Source: Deltaproteobacteria bacterium (GTDB lineage: Bacteria; Myxococcota; XYA12-FULL-58-9). Taken from it: a DNA stretch of 64,000 nt. Location: assembly GCA_016218825.1 (NCBI GenBank), contig JACRCV010000075.1, positions 166,358 to 230,357 on the forward strand. The letters are read 5' to 3'. Below are positions 52,824 to 61,368 of this stretch, piece after piece (position 1 is the first letter of the stretch; each line of letters opens with the position of its first letter). The notes beneath the pieces were generated by a model, which saw only the letters and a list, made by a program, of their open reading frames with translations, was not told the DNA's origin and made no database searches. A program made the translations under genes and the position numbers.

Positions 52824-54518
52824 ATGGCGCAGGCGTTCGCGACCATCATCGAGGCGTTCCTGGCGCACGCGCGGGCGCGGCCGGAGGCGTCGTTCGCGAC
52901 CTTCATCGGCAGCAGCCCGCCGGACGTGACCTGGACCTTCGGGCAGGCGCTGGAGCAGGCGCGACGCGCCGCCGGGGGTCTGGTCGCCGAAGGGCTCGGC
53001 GCAGGCGATCGGGTGGTGATCGTCGGCGGCAACGAGCCCGCGGTCGCCGCGGTGCTGCTCGGGGCGATGGGGCGCGGCATGGTCCCGGCGGTCGTCCACC
53101 CGCCGATCCGGGCCGAGGCCAAGGCGGCGGCGACCTACCTCGAGAACATCGTCGTCAAGGCCGAGCCGGCGTTGGTGGTGGTGGCGTCGGCGGAGATTGC
53201 CGCGAGCGTCGGCGGTGGACGGCGGCTTCGCACCGCGGCGGAGCTGCTCACGAGCGCGGCGCCGCCCGTCGAGCTGCAGCCGCCCGCGGAATCGGCTCCG
53301 GCCTATATCCAGTTCTCGTCCGGCAGCACCGGCGCCGCCAAGGCGGTGCTGCTGTGCGCCGGCGCGCAGGCGCAAAACGCCTACGCCACCGGGGTCGAGA
53401 TCCGGGCGCAAGACGACGAGACCTGGGTCATCTGGTTGCCGCTCTACCACGACATGGGGTTGATGTCGGGCCTGCTCATCCCGTTGTTCCTGGGGCACCG
53501 CACCGTGCTGCTCGCCCCGGAGCGCTTCGTCGAGCGGCCGGTGGCCTGGCTGCAGGCGATCGACCTGCACCGCGGCACGCTCACCGTGGCGCCGAACTTC
53601 GCCTACGCGCTGGTCGCCAGGCGCGCGAGCCCGGAGCGCCTGGCCGGCCTCGACTTGTCGTGCCTGCGGGTGGCGTTCAACGGCGCCGAGATGGTGCTCG
53701 CCGACACCGTGGCGCGCTTCGAGGCGGCGCTGGCGCCGGTGGGGTTGCGACCGGACACGGTGTTCCCGGTGTACGGCCTCGCCGAGTTCACGCTGAGCGC
53801 CTGCTACTGGGACGTCGGCAGGCCGATCCTCGTGGACCACGTCGCCCGGGGCGATCTGGCCCGGGGCTACGCGGCGCCGGCGCTCGAGAATGATCGCCGT
53901 GCGACGAGCTTCGTCAGCGTCGGCCACCCGGTCGCCGGACATCGGCTGCGGGTCGTCGACGATCGGGGTCAGGAGTGCCAGGAGCGCGAGGTGGGGGAGA
54001 TCCAGCTCGCGGGGCGGTCGCGGATGCTCGGCTACGTGGGCGATCCGGCGCTGAGCGCGGCGACGATGGCGGGCGAGTGGTTGCTGACCGGAGACCTCGG
54101 CTACGTCGCGGCCGGTCAGGTGTTCGTCTGCGGCCGCAAGAAGGACCTGGTGATCCGCTTCGGCGAGAACTTCTACCCCGCGGATCTCGAGAGCGTCGCG
54201 GCGACCGCGCCGGGGGTGCGCGCCGGCAGGCTCGCGGTGCTCGGGGTCGCCGACTTGCGGCTCGCGACCGAGAGGGTGTGGTTGGTGATCGAGGCCGAGC
54301 TTGAGCCCGCCGCCGCCTACGAGCTCGCGGCCGCGGTGCGCGCCTTCGTCCTCGAGGCCGCCGGCTTCAAGTTCGACGGCATAAGCGTCGTGCCGCCGGG
54401 CTTCATCGACAAGACCTCGAGCGGCAAGGTGCGGCGCTACGCGGTGCGCGACAAGCTGCTCGTCCTCTTCGGCCGCGGCACGCCGCCGCCGTCGGTGGGA
54501 CGGTTCCCCGAGCCGTGA
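52824..54518 (+). CDS. fatty-acyl-AMP ligase (FAAL-type AMP-binding enzyme)
   Basis: YIQFSSGSTGAAK is the AMP-binding motif I. FAAL-like YGLAEFT, GEWLLTGDLGYV, and GRKKDLVI. Confidence 0.85.
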   Translation: MAQAFATIIEAFLAHARARPEASFATFIGSSPPDVTWTFGQALEQARRAAGGLVAEGLGAGDRVVIVGGNEPAVAAVLLGAMGRGMVPAVVHPPIRAEAKAAATYLENIVVKAEPALVVVASAEIAASVGGGRRLRTAAELLTSAAPPVELQPPAESAPAYIQFSSGSTGAAKAVLLCAGAQAQNAYATGVEIRAQDDETWVIWLPLYHDMGLMSGLLIPLFLGHRTVLLAPERFVERPVAWLQAIDLHRGTLTVAPNFAYALVARRASPERLAGLDLSCLRVAFNGAEMVLADTVARFEAALAPVGLRPDTVFPVYGLAEFTLSACYWDVGRPILVDHVARGDLARGYAAPALENDRRATSFVSVGHPVAGHRLRVVDDRGQECQEREVGEIQLAGRSRMLGYVGDPALSAATMAGEWLLTGDLGYVAAGQVFVCGRKKDLVIRFGENFYPADLESVAATAPGVRAGRLAVLGVADLRLATERVWLVIEAELEPAAAYELAAAVRAFVLEAAGFKFDGISVVPPGFIDKTSSGKVRRYAVRDKLLVLFGRGTPPPSVGRFPEP

Positions 54519-54566
54519 CGCCCGGCCTTTACACTTGGGGTCCGGTCCCCATACGGTGCCCGGCCC

Positions 54567-55502
54567 GTGGCTGACCAACTCTACCTCTGGCCCGAAGACC
54601 AACAAGGCGATCGCCTGACGTGGTCGTGGTCCAAGGACCGGCGCCTGAAGGACTGCCTGCGGCGTTACTATCTGCACCACTACGTCAGCCGCGGCGGCGC
54701 CAGCGCCGGCGCCCAGCCGCTGACCCGGGAAGCGTACCTGCTGAAGAACCTGCGCAACCGCCACATGTGGGTCGGCGAGGTGGTCCACGAGATGATCGAG
54801 CTCGGGCTCGGGGCGCTGCGGCGCGGCGAGCAGGCGAGCCCGGCGGCGCTGGTGGAGCGGGGCACGCGGCGGATGCGGGCGCAGTACGCCGAGTCGCTCC
54901 AGGGGGTCTACCGCGAGCGGCCGCTGCACGCCTGCGGGCTGATGGAGCACGAGTACCGCGAAGAGGTGCCGAAAGAGGAGTGGAAGCGGCAGCGAGATCG
55001 CATGGAGCGCTGCGTGCGCGCGTTCTTCGAGCTCGAGCTGGTCGCGAAGCTCGAGGGCTCGCCGCCCTGGCGCTGGCTGGCGCTCGAGAACCTGACGAGC
55101 TTCGATCTGGACGGCGCGACGGTGCTCGTCAAACCCGACCTGGCGTGGCGGGACCACGACGACACCGTGGTCCTCGTCGACTGGAAGACCGGCAAGGCGC
55201 GCCCCGACGACGAGGAGCGCCAGCTCGCGGTGTACGGCCTGTTCGCGCGCCGCTCCTGGGTCGGCGGCGGCGGCGGCTTGCGCGGCGTCGTCGCCCACCT
55301 CGACGACGGCGGGGTGTCGGAGACCAACCTCGACGACATGGCGCTGGCGCGGGCCGAAGCCTCGATCCGCAGCTCTCTGGCGACGATGCGGGCGTTGCAC
55401 CCCGAGGCCGCGGGGCCCGAGCTCCGCCTCGATCGCTTCCCGGTCACCGCGGACGCCGGCTTCTGCGTGCACTGCGCCTTCAAACGGCTCTGCGATCGCT
55501 GA
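54567..55502 (+). CDS. Cas4-like RecB-family PD-(D/E)xK nuclease with Fe-S Cys motif
   Basis: GTG start. VLVKPDLAWRDHDDTVVLVDWKTGK has the D...D-W-K nuclease motif. QLAVYGLF is the QxxxY motif. N-terminal Cys (HACG) plus C-terminal CVHCAFKRLC (C-x2-C-x5-C). Confidence 0.75.
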   Translation: MADQLYLWPEDQQGDRLTWSWSKDRRLKDCLRRYYLHHYVSRGGASAGAQPLTREAYLLKNLRNRHMWVGEVVHEMIELGLGALRRGEQASPAALVERGTRRMRAQYAESLQGVYRERPLHACGLMEHEYREEVPKEEWKRQRDRMERCVRAFFELELVAKLEGSPPWRWLALENLTSFDLDGATVLVKPDLAWRDHDDTVVLVDWKTGKARPDDEERQLAVYGLFARRSWVGGGGGLRGVVAHLDDGGVSETNLDDMALARAEASIRSSLATMRALHPEAAGPELRLDRFPVTADAGFCVHCAFKRLCDR

Positions 55503-55508
55503 CGGCGG

Positions 55509-55552
55509 CGGGGCGGGCAACATCGGTCCAACTCGAGAGCTCGATCGCCTTG
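55509..55552. repeat. repeat fragment, copy D (44-bp 5'-terminal piece of subfamily 1, inverted; possible internally deleted element 55487-55552)
   Basis: The reverse complement caaggcgatcgagctctcgagttggaccgatgttgcccgcccc matches the first 44 bp of copy A with one mismatch. Confidence 0.6.
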
Positions 55553-55619
55553 GGCGGTGGGAAGGATCGACTTGCCGGGTCGGCGCCTGCTTGCTACACC
55601 CCGATGCGGAGGAGCGGCG

Positions 55620-58019
55620 ATGCCTCGGTCGACGACGATCGGCGTGGCCGTCCTGCTCCTGGCGCTGATTGGCTGCCAGGACAGCGGCGGCTGCGGCACC
55701 GACTACAACTATCCGCGCACCGATCCGGCGGCGGCGCCGAGCTTGCGGGCGCTGCGGCTGCGCGTCACCCAGACCGGGCTCGACTCGATCGCGCGCGCCT
55801 TCCCCGGCCTCGTCGCCAGCGCCTGCGCCGCGAATGTCGACGACGGCACCGCCCCCTGCGCGCTCCTGGCGCCCGGCTCCGACCGGGTGAAGTTCTACCT
55901 CGGCACGACCGCCGCGCCCCTCGCCTTCGACTTGTCGCTCACCCGTGGCCAGGTGCGGCCGCAAAGCACCGTGACCATCGACACCCAGAGCCTGCGCGGC
56001 AACGTGCACCTGAGCCTGGTGAACGTCGTCGGCGGCCGCGACGGCATCCAGGTGACGCTCGGCTGCAACGCGCCAAACTTCGCCAGCTGCACCAACCCCA
56101 GCGCCTTCGTCGACGCCGCGGTCGACATGGTGGTGTTCGTCGAGGGCTTCTCGCTCTTGGTGACGAGCTACAACGACAGCGCCTGCTTCGTGCAGGACGA
56201 CGCGCCGCCGGCGCCCGGGATCGTCATCCAACAGCTGCGCTTCACGATCTATCCGCACGTCGACGCCGGCGCCGACGGCAAGCCGTACCTGATCCTCGAC
56301 GATCAGGACGTGATCGTCGATCGCATGGAGGTGAGCCTCGACGTCCAGGCCGGCAGGGCGTGCTGGGACCCGGTGTGCAACGCCTGCGGCGCGGGCGGCG
56401 ACTGCGACCTGTGCGATGACCTGAGCGTCCTGACCTCGTACGTCATCGAGCCGCTCATCGAGACCGGCCCGGTCGCGAAGTATCTGTCGGCGGTGATCGC
56501 GAGGCAGCTGGTGAAGAAGTTCGCGGACCAGCCGCTCGAGGTGACCGGCGCCATCAACGTCGGCGAGCGCCTGAACGTCGCGAACAACGCCGCCCACGAC
56601 ACCGGCTACCTGATCGGCGCCAACGTCGATTCTCCCGACGTCACCGGGGGGGCGGGCGACCTGGGGATGAACTTCGACTTCGACACCGGCTTCGCGGCGC
56701 GCCACAGCCCGTGCGTGCCGGCCCTGGAGCCGCCGGCGTGGCTGTTGCCGGCGACCCCGGACCCGGGCGGGACGGTGATGGCGCCGGATCCGACGACCGG
56801 GGTGCTGCGGCCCGAGCCTTTTGACCTGGCGCTGATCGCCGGTGACGTGGTCGCGAACCGCGCGACCTTCGAGCTCTTCGACGCCGGCAGCTTCTGCTTC
56901 CACCTCCAGGCCGAGGAGGTCGCCGGCCTGTCGAACGGCAGCTTCGTGCCGACCGTCGGCGCGGTCAGCGTGGTCGCGCCCGGGTTGGCGTCCCTCGCCC
57001 CCGTGGACGCGCCGGTCACCCTCGGCACGCAGCCGTACATGCCGACCTTCGTGAGCTTCGGCACCGGCGACGGCGAGGGCCCGGCCCGCGACAGTCACCT
57101 GCGCGTCGTCTGGCCGCAGTTCACCCTCGAGATCATGCCGCTGGTCGACGACGCCTTCATCCGCGCCTTGGCGATGACCAGCGACTTCGAGATCGGCTTG
57201 AGCCTGGAGCCGACGCCGACCGGCGATCTGCAGATCATGATCGACAACATCGCGCTCAACAACCTCTCGGCCTCGTACAACGAGATCCCGATCCAGTTCG
57301 ACGTCGACGGCGTCGGGCGCCTGGTCGAGGCGTTGGTGCCGCGCCTCTTGAACGGCGATCCCTTCAACGTCCCGCTCACCGCGACGACGCTCGGGTTCCC
57401 GTTCGTGCCCAAGGTGCGGGCGGTGACCGCGCTCGATCTGCAGAAGCGCTTCCTCGGGGTCTTCATCCGCTTCTGCTCCGACGAGGACCTCCACGACGCC
57501 GCGAACCCCCTGTGCTTCGACCCGGCGGCCGGTGCCGGGCGCGCGCCGAGCGCCAGGCGTCTCGAGCTGCAGCGGCTGCCCCTCGGCAGCCCGGGCCGCG
57601 CCGACGCCGTCGGCGTCCGCGCGCTCGCCAACGCCTGGGATCCGGCGGCGCTGCAGATCGCCTACCGGGTCGACGGCAAGGGGCCGTTCTTCGGGTTTCG
57701 GGGGCCGCGCGCCGACGGCGTGTTCGTCGTCACGCATCCGGCACTGGCGGCGCCCGGCTGGCACGAGATCGAGGCGATCGGCCGATCGCGGCAGCTGAAG
57801 AATCAATGGACCGAGCCGACGACCCTCGCGGTCCTCGTGGACGACGCCTCGACCCCATCGCCCCCGGCGGTGGCGCCGAGCGTCGCCGCCCCGGTCCCGT
57901 CGTCGCCGCCGTACGGCGACGGTTGCCGGGCGGTGCCGACGGGGGGGCTCTGCCTCGTTCTGTTGGCGTCGCTGTGGACCTTCGCCGGCGCTCGACAAAG
58001 CGCCCGGCATCGTCGATAA
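55620..58019 (+). CDS. large lipoprotein of unknown function with C-terminal MYXO-CTERM sorting signal
   Basis: ATG 55620 with GGAGGAG Shine-Dalgarno. MPRSTTIGVAVLLLALIGC is a lipobox. C-terminal ...GCRAVPTGGLCLVLLASLWTFAGARQSARHRR follows the MYXO-CTERM pattern. Confidence 0.75.
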   Translation: MPRSTTIGVAVLLLALIGCQDSGGCGTDYNYPRTDPAAAPSLRALRLRVTQTGLDSIARAFPGLVASACAANVDDGTAPCALLAPGSDRVKFYLGTTAAPLAFDLSLTRGQVRPQSTVTIDTQSLRGNVHLSLVNVVGGRDGIQVTLGCNAPNFASCTNPSAFVDAAVDMVVFVEGFSLLVTSYNDSACFVQDDAPPAPGIVIQQLRFTIYPHVDAGADGKPYLILDDQDVIVDRMEVSLDVQAGRACWDPVCNACGAGGDCDLCDDLSVLTSYVIEPLIETGPVAKYLSAVIARQLVKKFADQPLEVTGAINVGERLNVANNAAHDTGYLIGANVDSPDVTGGAGDLGMNFDFDTGFAARHSPCVPALEPPAWLLPATPDPGGTVMAPDPTTGVLRPEPFDLALIAGDVVANRATFELFDAGSFCFHLQAEEVAGLSNGSFVPTVGAVSVVAPGLASLAPVDAPVTLGTQPYMPTFVSFGTGDGEGPARDSHLRVVWPQFTLEIMPLVDDAFIRALAMTSDFEIGLSLEPTPTGDLQIMIDNIALNNLSASYNEIPIQFDVDGVGRLVEALVPRLLNGDPFNVPLTATTLGFPFVPKVRAVTALDLQKRFLGVFIRFCSDEDLHDAANPLCFDPAAGAGRAPSARRLELQRLPLGSPGRADAVGVRALANAWDPAALQIAYRVDGKGPFFGFRGPRADGVFVVTHPALAAPGWHEIEAIGRSRQLKNQWTEPTTLAVLVDDASTPSPPAVAPSVAAPVPSSPPYGDGCRAVPTGGLCLVLLASLWTFAGARQSARHRR

Positions 58020-58027
58020 CTCCCATC

Positions 58028-60313
58028 ATGCCCCGGCTCTCGCGGATCCCACGGCCGACGATGCGCGGCCGCCGCTGGCGACACCTGCGCCTGGTGTTGG
58101 TCCTGCTGCCGCAGGTCGCCTGCAGCGGGCAGACCGGGTGCCTGGGCTGCGGCGGCTCCTATGACTACCCGAGCCCGCCGCCGGCCGCCGGGGAGATCCA
58201 GAACAACACCCTGCTCGGACACGTGCAGCAGAGCGGCGTGCTCTTCGTGGCGCGCCACCTCGCCGATGTCCTGCGGGCGCGGCTCCCGACCCGGACCGTC
58301 GGCGGCATCGAGCGCGCCACCTTCTACCTGCCGGAGACCACCTACAGGTCGACGCTCGCCGACGTGACCCTCCGTGACGGCTGCATCGGACCGACGCCCA
58401 TCGAACAGTGCCCCAACCTCAACCCCGACGACGGCGACACCACGCGCGGGCCGACCTATCGCTCGATGATCGAGCTGAACCTCGACACCATCGACGACAC
58501 CATCGACGCCACCTTCATCCCCGGCTCCGGGTCGACGCCCGACGGGGTGCGCATCAGCCTCTACAACGTCGACGTCTTCATGGATCTGGCGATCCTGGCG
58601 CAGGGGCTCGCGGTGCCGGGCGACGCCGCCTGCCACATCCAGGACAAGTACAACGACCGCGCCGCGTTCCACCTCGAGCGGTTGCGCTTCACGGTGACGC
58701 TCGCGGTCGACGCCCAGAGCCGTTTTCAGGGCGACGTCGTCGACGTCGAGGTGCTGATCGACCGCGACTCGTTCATCAACAGCGACATGTTGAGCCTCGA
58801 CGTCTCGCCGTGCAACGGCGGCGTCTGCAACGATCCGACCTGCCACGACTCGTGGCTCAACTGGGACTGCAGCGTGAACTGCGCGGTCGGCGGCTTCGTC
58901 TTCGGCGCCGCGGACTTCCTCGCCGGCGTCCTCGAGCCGCTCATCGAGTGGATCGCCCCCTCGGTGGTCGAGCTGGCGATGGGCATGGCCCTCGACCAGG
59001 TGAACGGCCAGCCGCTGATGATGTCGGGGCGCTACGGCTTCGACGAGATCTTCGGCGCCAACGGGCGCCTGGCGCCGCTGCTCATGGACCCCACCGCGAT
59101 CAGCTTCGGCGCCTGGCCGAACGACGACGCCTTCGTGGTCAGCGGGCCGATCGACGCCCGCGGCATGCGGCTGGCGCTCGACGCCGGCACCTTCGCCGAC
59201 CCGAGCCAGTGCGCGCCGATGGTGGTACTGCCGCGGTTCGCGGCGCAGCTCGGCCCACCGCCGTTCTTCGACGGCACCTTGCAGGTGAACGGTCACACCG
59301 AGGCCTACGACTTCGCGGTGTCGGTGTCGGAGGCGTTCGCGGCGCAGGCGGCCTTCAGCGCCTACACGCTCGGGGGCATGTGCCTGTTCCTGTCCACCGA
59401 CGAGCTCGCACGCCTGTCGAACGGCGCGGTCAGCCTCGCGACCTTGGCGCTCTTGGTGCCGTCGCTCGTCGACTGGGCGAGCCCGCACGCCCCGGTGATG
59501 TTCATCGTCCATCCGACGGCGGCGCCCAAGGTCCGCTTCGGCACCGGGGCGACCACCGGCCACGATCCGGACGGCGCGCCGATCATCGACTCGCTGTTGC
59601 AGATCGACTTCGGCGAGATGGGCGTCTCGATCTACACCCTGGTGGACGACGAGCTCACCCGCCTGGCGACGGTGGCGGCGGACGTGAAGCTCGGGGCGCC
59701 GCTCAACCGCACGCCGCAGAACACCATCGAGATCGGCATCGACAAGCTCGAGGTCGCGAACGTCGTCGAGGTCTACGACGAGTTGTTGCCGGCGTCCGAC
59801 TGGGGCTCGCTGTTGGAGGTGCTGTTGAACGTCGCGATCGGCGCGATGATCGACGGCATGGGGAGCTTCAACCTCGACCTGGCGCCGATCGTGTCGCGCA
59901 TGCTCGGCGGCGCGCCGGTCTACGCCCGCATCAACGCGGTGGAGCGGGCCGGCGCCGATGTCGACAAGGGCTTCGTCGTCGCCTACCTGACCCTGTGTGA
60001 CGCCGCGGATCTGACGAACCCGGCGAAGCCGCCGTGCTACACCGCGCCGATCCCGACGGCGCTCGGCGCGGTGCGCCTCGTCGGCGCGGCTCGCGGCGCG
60101 GTGCGCTTCGCGGTCGAGCGGACGCGGGAGTACCAGGTGCGGGTGGACGGCGGCGCCTGGACCGGGTTCCGGGGCGCCGTGGACGGCGAGGTCCGATTCG
60201 GGTCGCCGCTGTTGCGTCTCCCCGGGGACCATCAGGTCGAGCTGCGCGGGCGCAGCGTCGGCCGCTACCAGACCCTCGGCCCGGCGACGGCGTTTGCGGT
60301 CCCTGTCGATTGA
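58028..60313 (+). CDS. large lipoprotein, tandem paralog of 55620..58019 (no MYXO-CTERM)
   Basis: Shared blocks: GCG.SY.YP, LRFT..L.VDA, .C..L...E.A.LSNG. Signal ...MRGRRWRHLRLVLVLLPQVAC. An alternative start is at 58061. Confidence 0.75.
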   Translation: MPRLSRIPRPTMRGRRWRHLRLVLVLLPQVACSGQTGCLGCGGSYDYPSPPPAAGEIQNNTLLGHVQQSGVLFVARHLADVLRARLPTRTVGGIERATFYLPETTYRSTLADVTLRDGCIGPTPIEQCPNLNPDDGDTTRGPTYRSMIELNLDTIDDTIDATFIPGSGSTPDGVRISLYNVDVFMDLAILAQGLAVPGDAACHIQDKYNDRAAFHLERLRFTVTLAVDAQSRFQGDVVDVEVLIDRDSFINSDMLSLDVSPCNGGVCNDPTCHDSWLNWDCSVNCAVGGFVFGAADFLAGVLEPLIEWIAPSVVELAMGMALDQVNGQPLMMSGRYGFDEIFGANGRLAPLLMDPTAISFGAWPNDDAFVVSGPIDARGMRLALDAGTFADPSQCAPMVVLPRFAAQLGPPPFFDGTLQVNGHTEAYDFAVSVSEAFAAQAAFSAYTLGGMCLFLSTDELARLSNGAVSLATLALLVPSLVDWASPHAPVMFIVHPTAAPKVRFGTGATTGHDPDGAPIIDSLLQIDFGEMGVSIYTLVDDELTRLATVAADVKLGAPLNRTPQNTIEIGIDKLEVANVVEVYDELLPASDWGSLLEVLLNVAIGAMIDGMGSFNLDLAPIVSRMLGGAPVYARINAVERAGADVDKGFVVAYLTLCDAADLTNPAKPPCYTAPIPTALGAVRLVGAARGAVRFAVERTREYQVRVDGGAWTGFRGAVDGEVRFGSPLLRLPGDHQVELRGRSVGRYQTLGPATAFAVPVD

Positions 60314-60369
60314 CATCGGGCCCGAAGCCGCGCCACAAGTTACTCGGCCGCAACATTCACCGATCGGGG

Positions 60370-61323
60370 ATGAACATGTCACGCTTGCTCGCTGTCGCCG
60401 CCGTTGTCGCCGCGCTCTCGGGCGGGGCGTGTGGGGGCTCGCCGCCGCCGCCGCCGGTCGTCGCCTCGAAGCCGGAGCAGACCGTCAAGGCGGTGCCGCC
60501 GCCCAAGATCGCGTTGGTGCTCGGGGGCGGCGGGGCGCGGGGCTTCGCGCACGTCGGCGTGCTGCGGGCGCTCGAGCACGAGAAGATCCCGTTGTCGCTC
60601 GTGGTCGGCACCTCGGTCGGCAGCCTGATCGGCGCGCTCTACGCCGCCGACCCGAACACCTTCGAGCTGGAGTGGAAGTCCTTCAAGATCGAAAAGGACG
60701 ACCTCTTCGACTTCTCGTTGTTCGCCGCCACCACCGGCCCGGTGAAGGGGGACGCGGTGCGCAAGTTCGTGGCCGAGAACGTCAAGGAGCAGCAGATCGA
60801 GCGCTTCAAGGTGCCCTACGTCGCGGTCGCCGCCGACCTCAACACCGGCGAGCGGGTCCTCTTCAAGTCCGGGAGCATCGTCGACGCGGTGCGCGCCTCG
60901 GTGTCGATCCCCGGCGTCTTCACCCCGGTGCGCATCGGCAACCGGACGCTGGTCGACGGCGGCGTGGTCGCCAACCTCGCGATCGACGTCGCCCGCGACC
61001 AAGGCGCCGACATCGTGATCGCCTCGAACATCACCCAGCGGGTCGTGGACTACGAGGTCAACGACGTGGTGTCGATCATCATGCAGTCGATCAACATCAT
61101 GATGGGGGAGATGGCCAAGTTTCAGCAGAAGGCGGCCGACGTCGTCATCACCCCCGACATCGGTGACGTCGGGACCATGGACTTCACGCAGAAGAAGCGC
61201 TGCATGCAGGCCGGGATCGCCGCGGTCGAGGCCGAGCGGGGCGCGATCAGCGCGGCCATCCGCAAGTACTACACCGATCGGGGCGGGGAGCCGCCGGCGG
61301 GCGGCCTGCCGTCCATTCGGTGA
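60370..61323 (+). CDS. patatin-like phospholipase lipoprotein
   Basis: MNMSRLLAVAAVVAALSGGAC is a lipobox. Patatin motifs GGGARG...GTSVGS (GxSxG) and catalytic DGG. Confidence 0.85.
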   Translation: MNMSRLLAVAAVVAALSGGACGGSPPPPPVVASKPEQTVKAVPPPKIALVLGGGGARGFAHVGVLRALEHEKIPLSLVVGTSVGSLIGALYAADPNTFELEWKSFKIEKDDLFDFSLFAATTGPVKGDAVRKFVAENVKEQQIERFKVPYVAVAADLNTGERVLFKSGSIVDAVRASVSIPGVFTPVRIGNRTLVDGGVVANLAIDVARDQGADIVIASNITQRVVDYEVNDVVSIIMQSINIMMGEMAKFQQKAADVVITPDIGDVGTMDFTQKKRCMQAGIAAVEAERGAISAAIRKYYTDRGGEPPAGGLPSIR

Positions 61324-61368
61324 CGCCGATTGACCTGCAAACCCCGCGGGTGAGATAAGGCGCGTCAG

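Noticed and set aside
52536-58010. Giant 1824-aa minus-strand ORF, and similar long antisense ORFs (16952..20137, 32105..34900, 22890..25376, 50444..53122, 57803..60382, 43569..46085, 10725..12488, 1270..2415)
   Set aside because: Their translations are Arg/Gly/Pro/Ala/Asp low-complexity with no domains. They lie antisense to plus-strand genes that have clear conserved motifs. In 70% GC DNA the antisense frame of a gene rarely contains stop codons, so such ORFs are expected artefacts.
60370-61323. Patatin-like phospholipase as a CBASS or defence effector
   Set aside because: It carries a lipoprotein signal peptide, so it is exported. No cyclase, CD-NTase or sensor genes are adjacent. It is more likely a secreted or predatory lipase.
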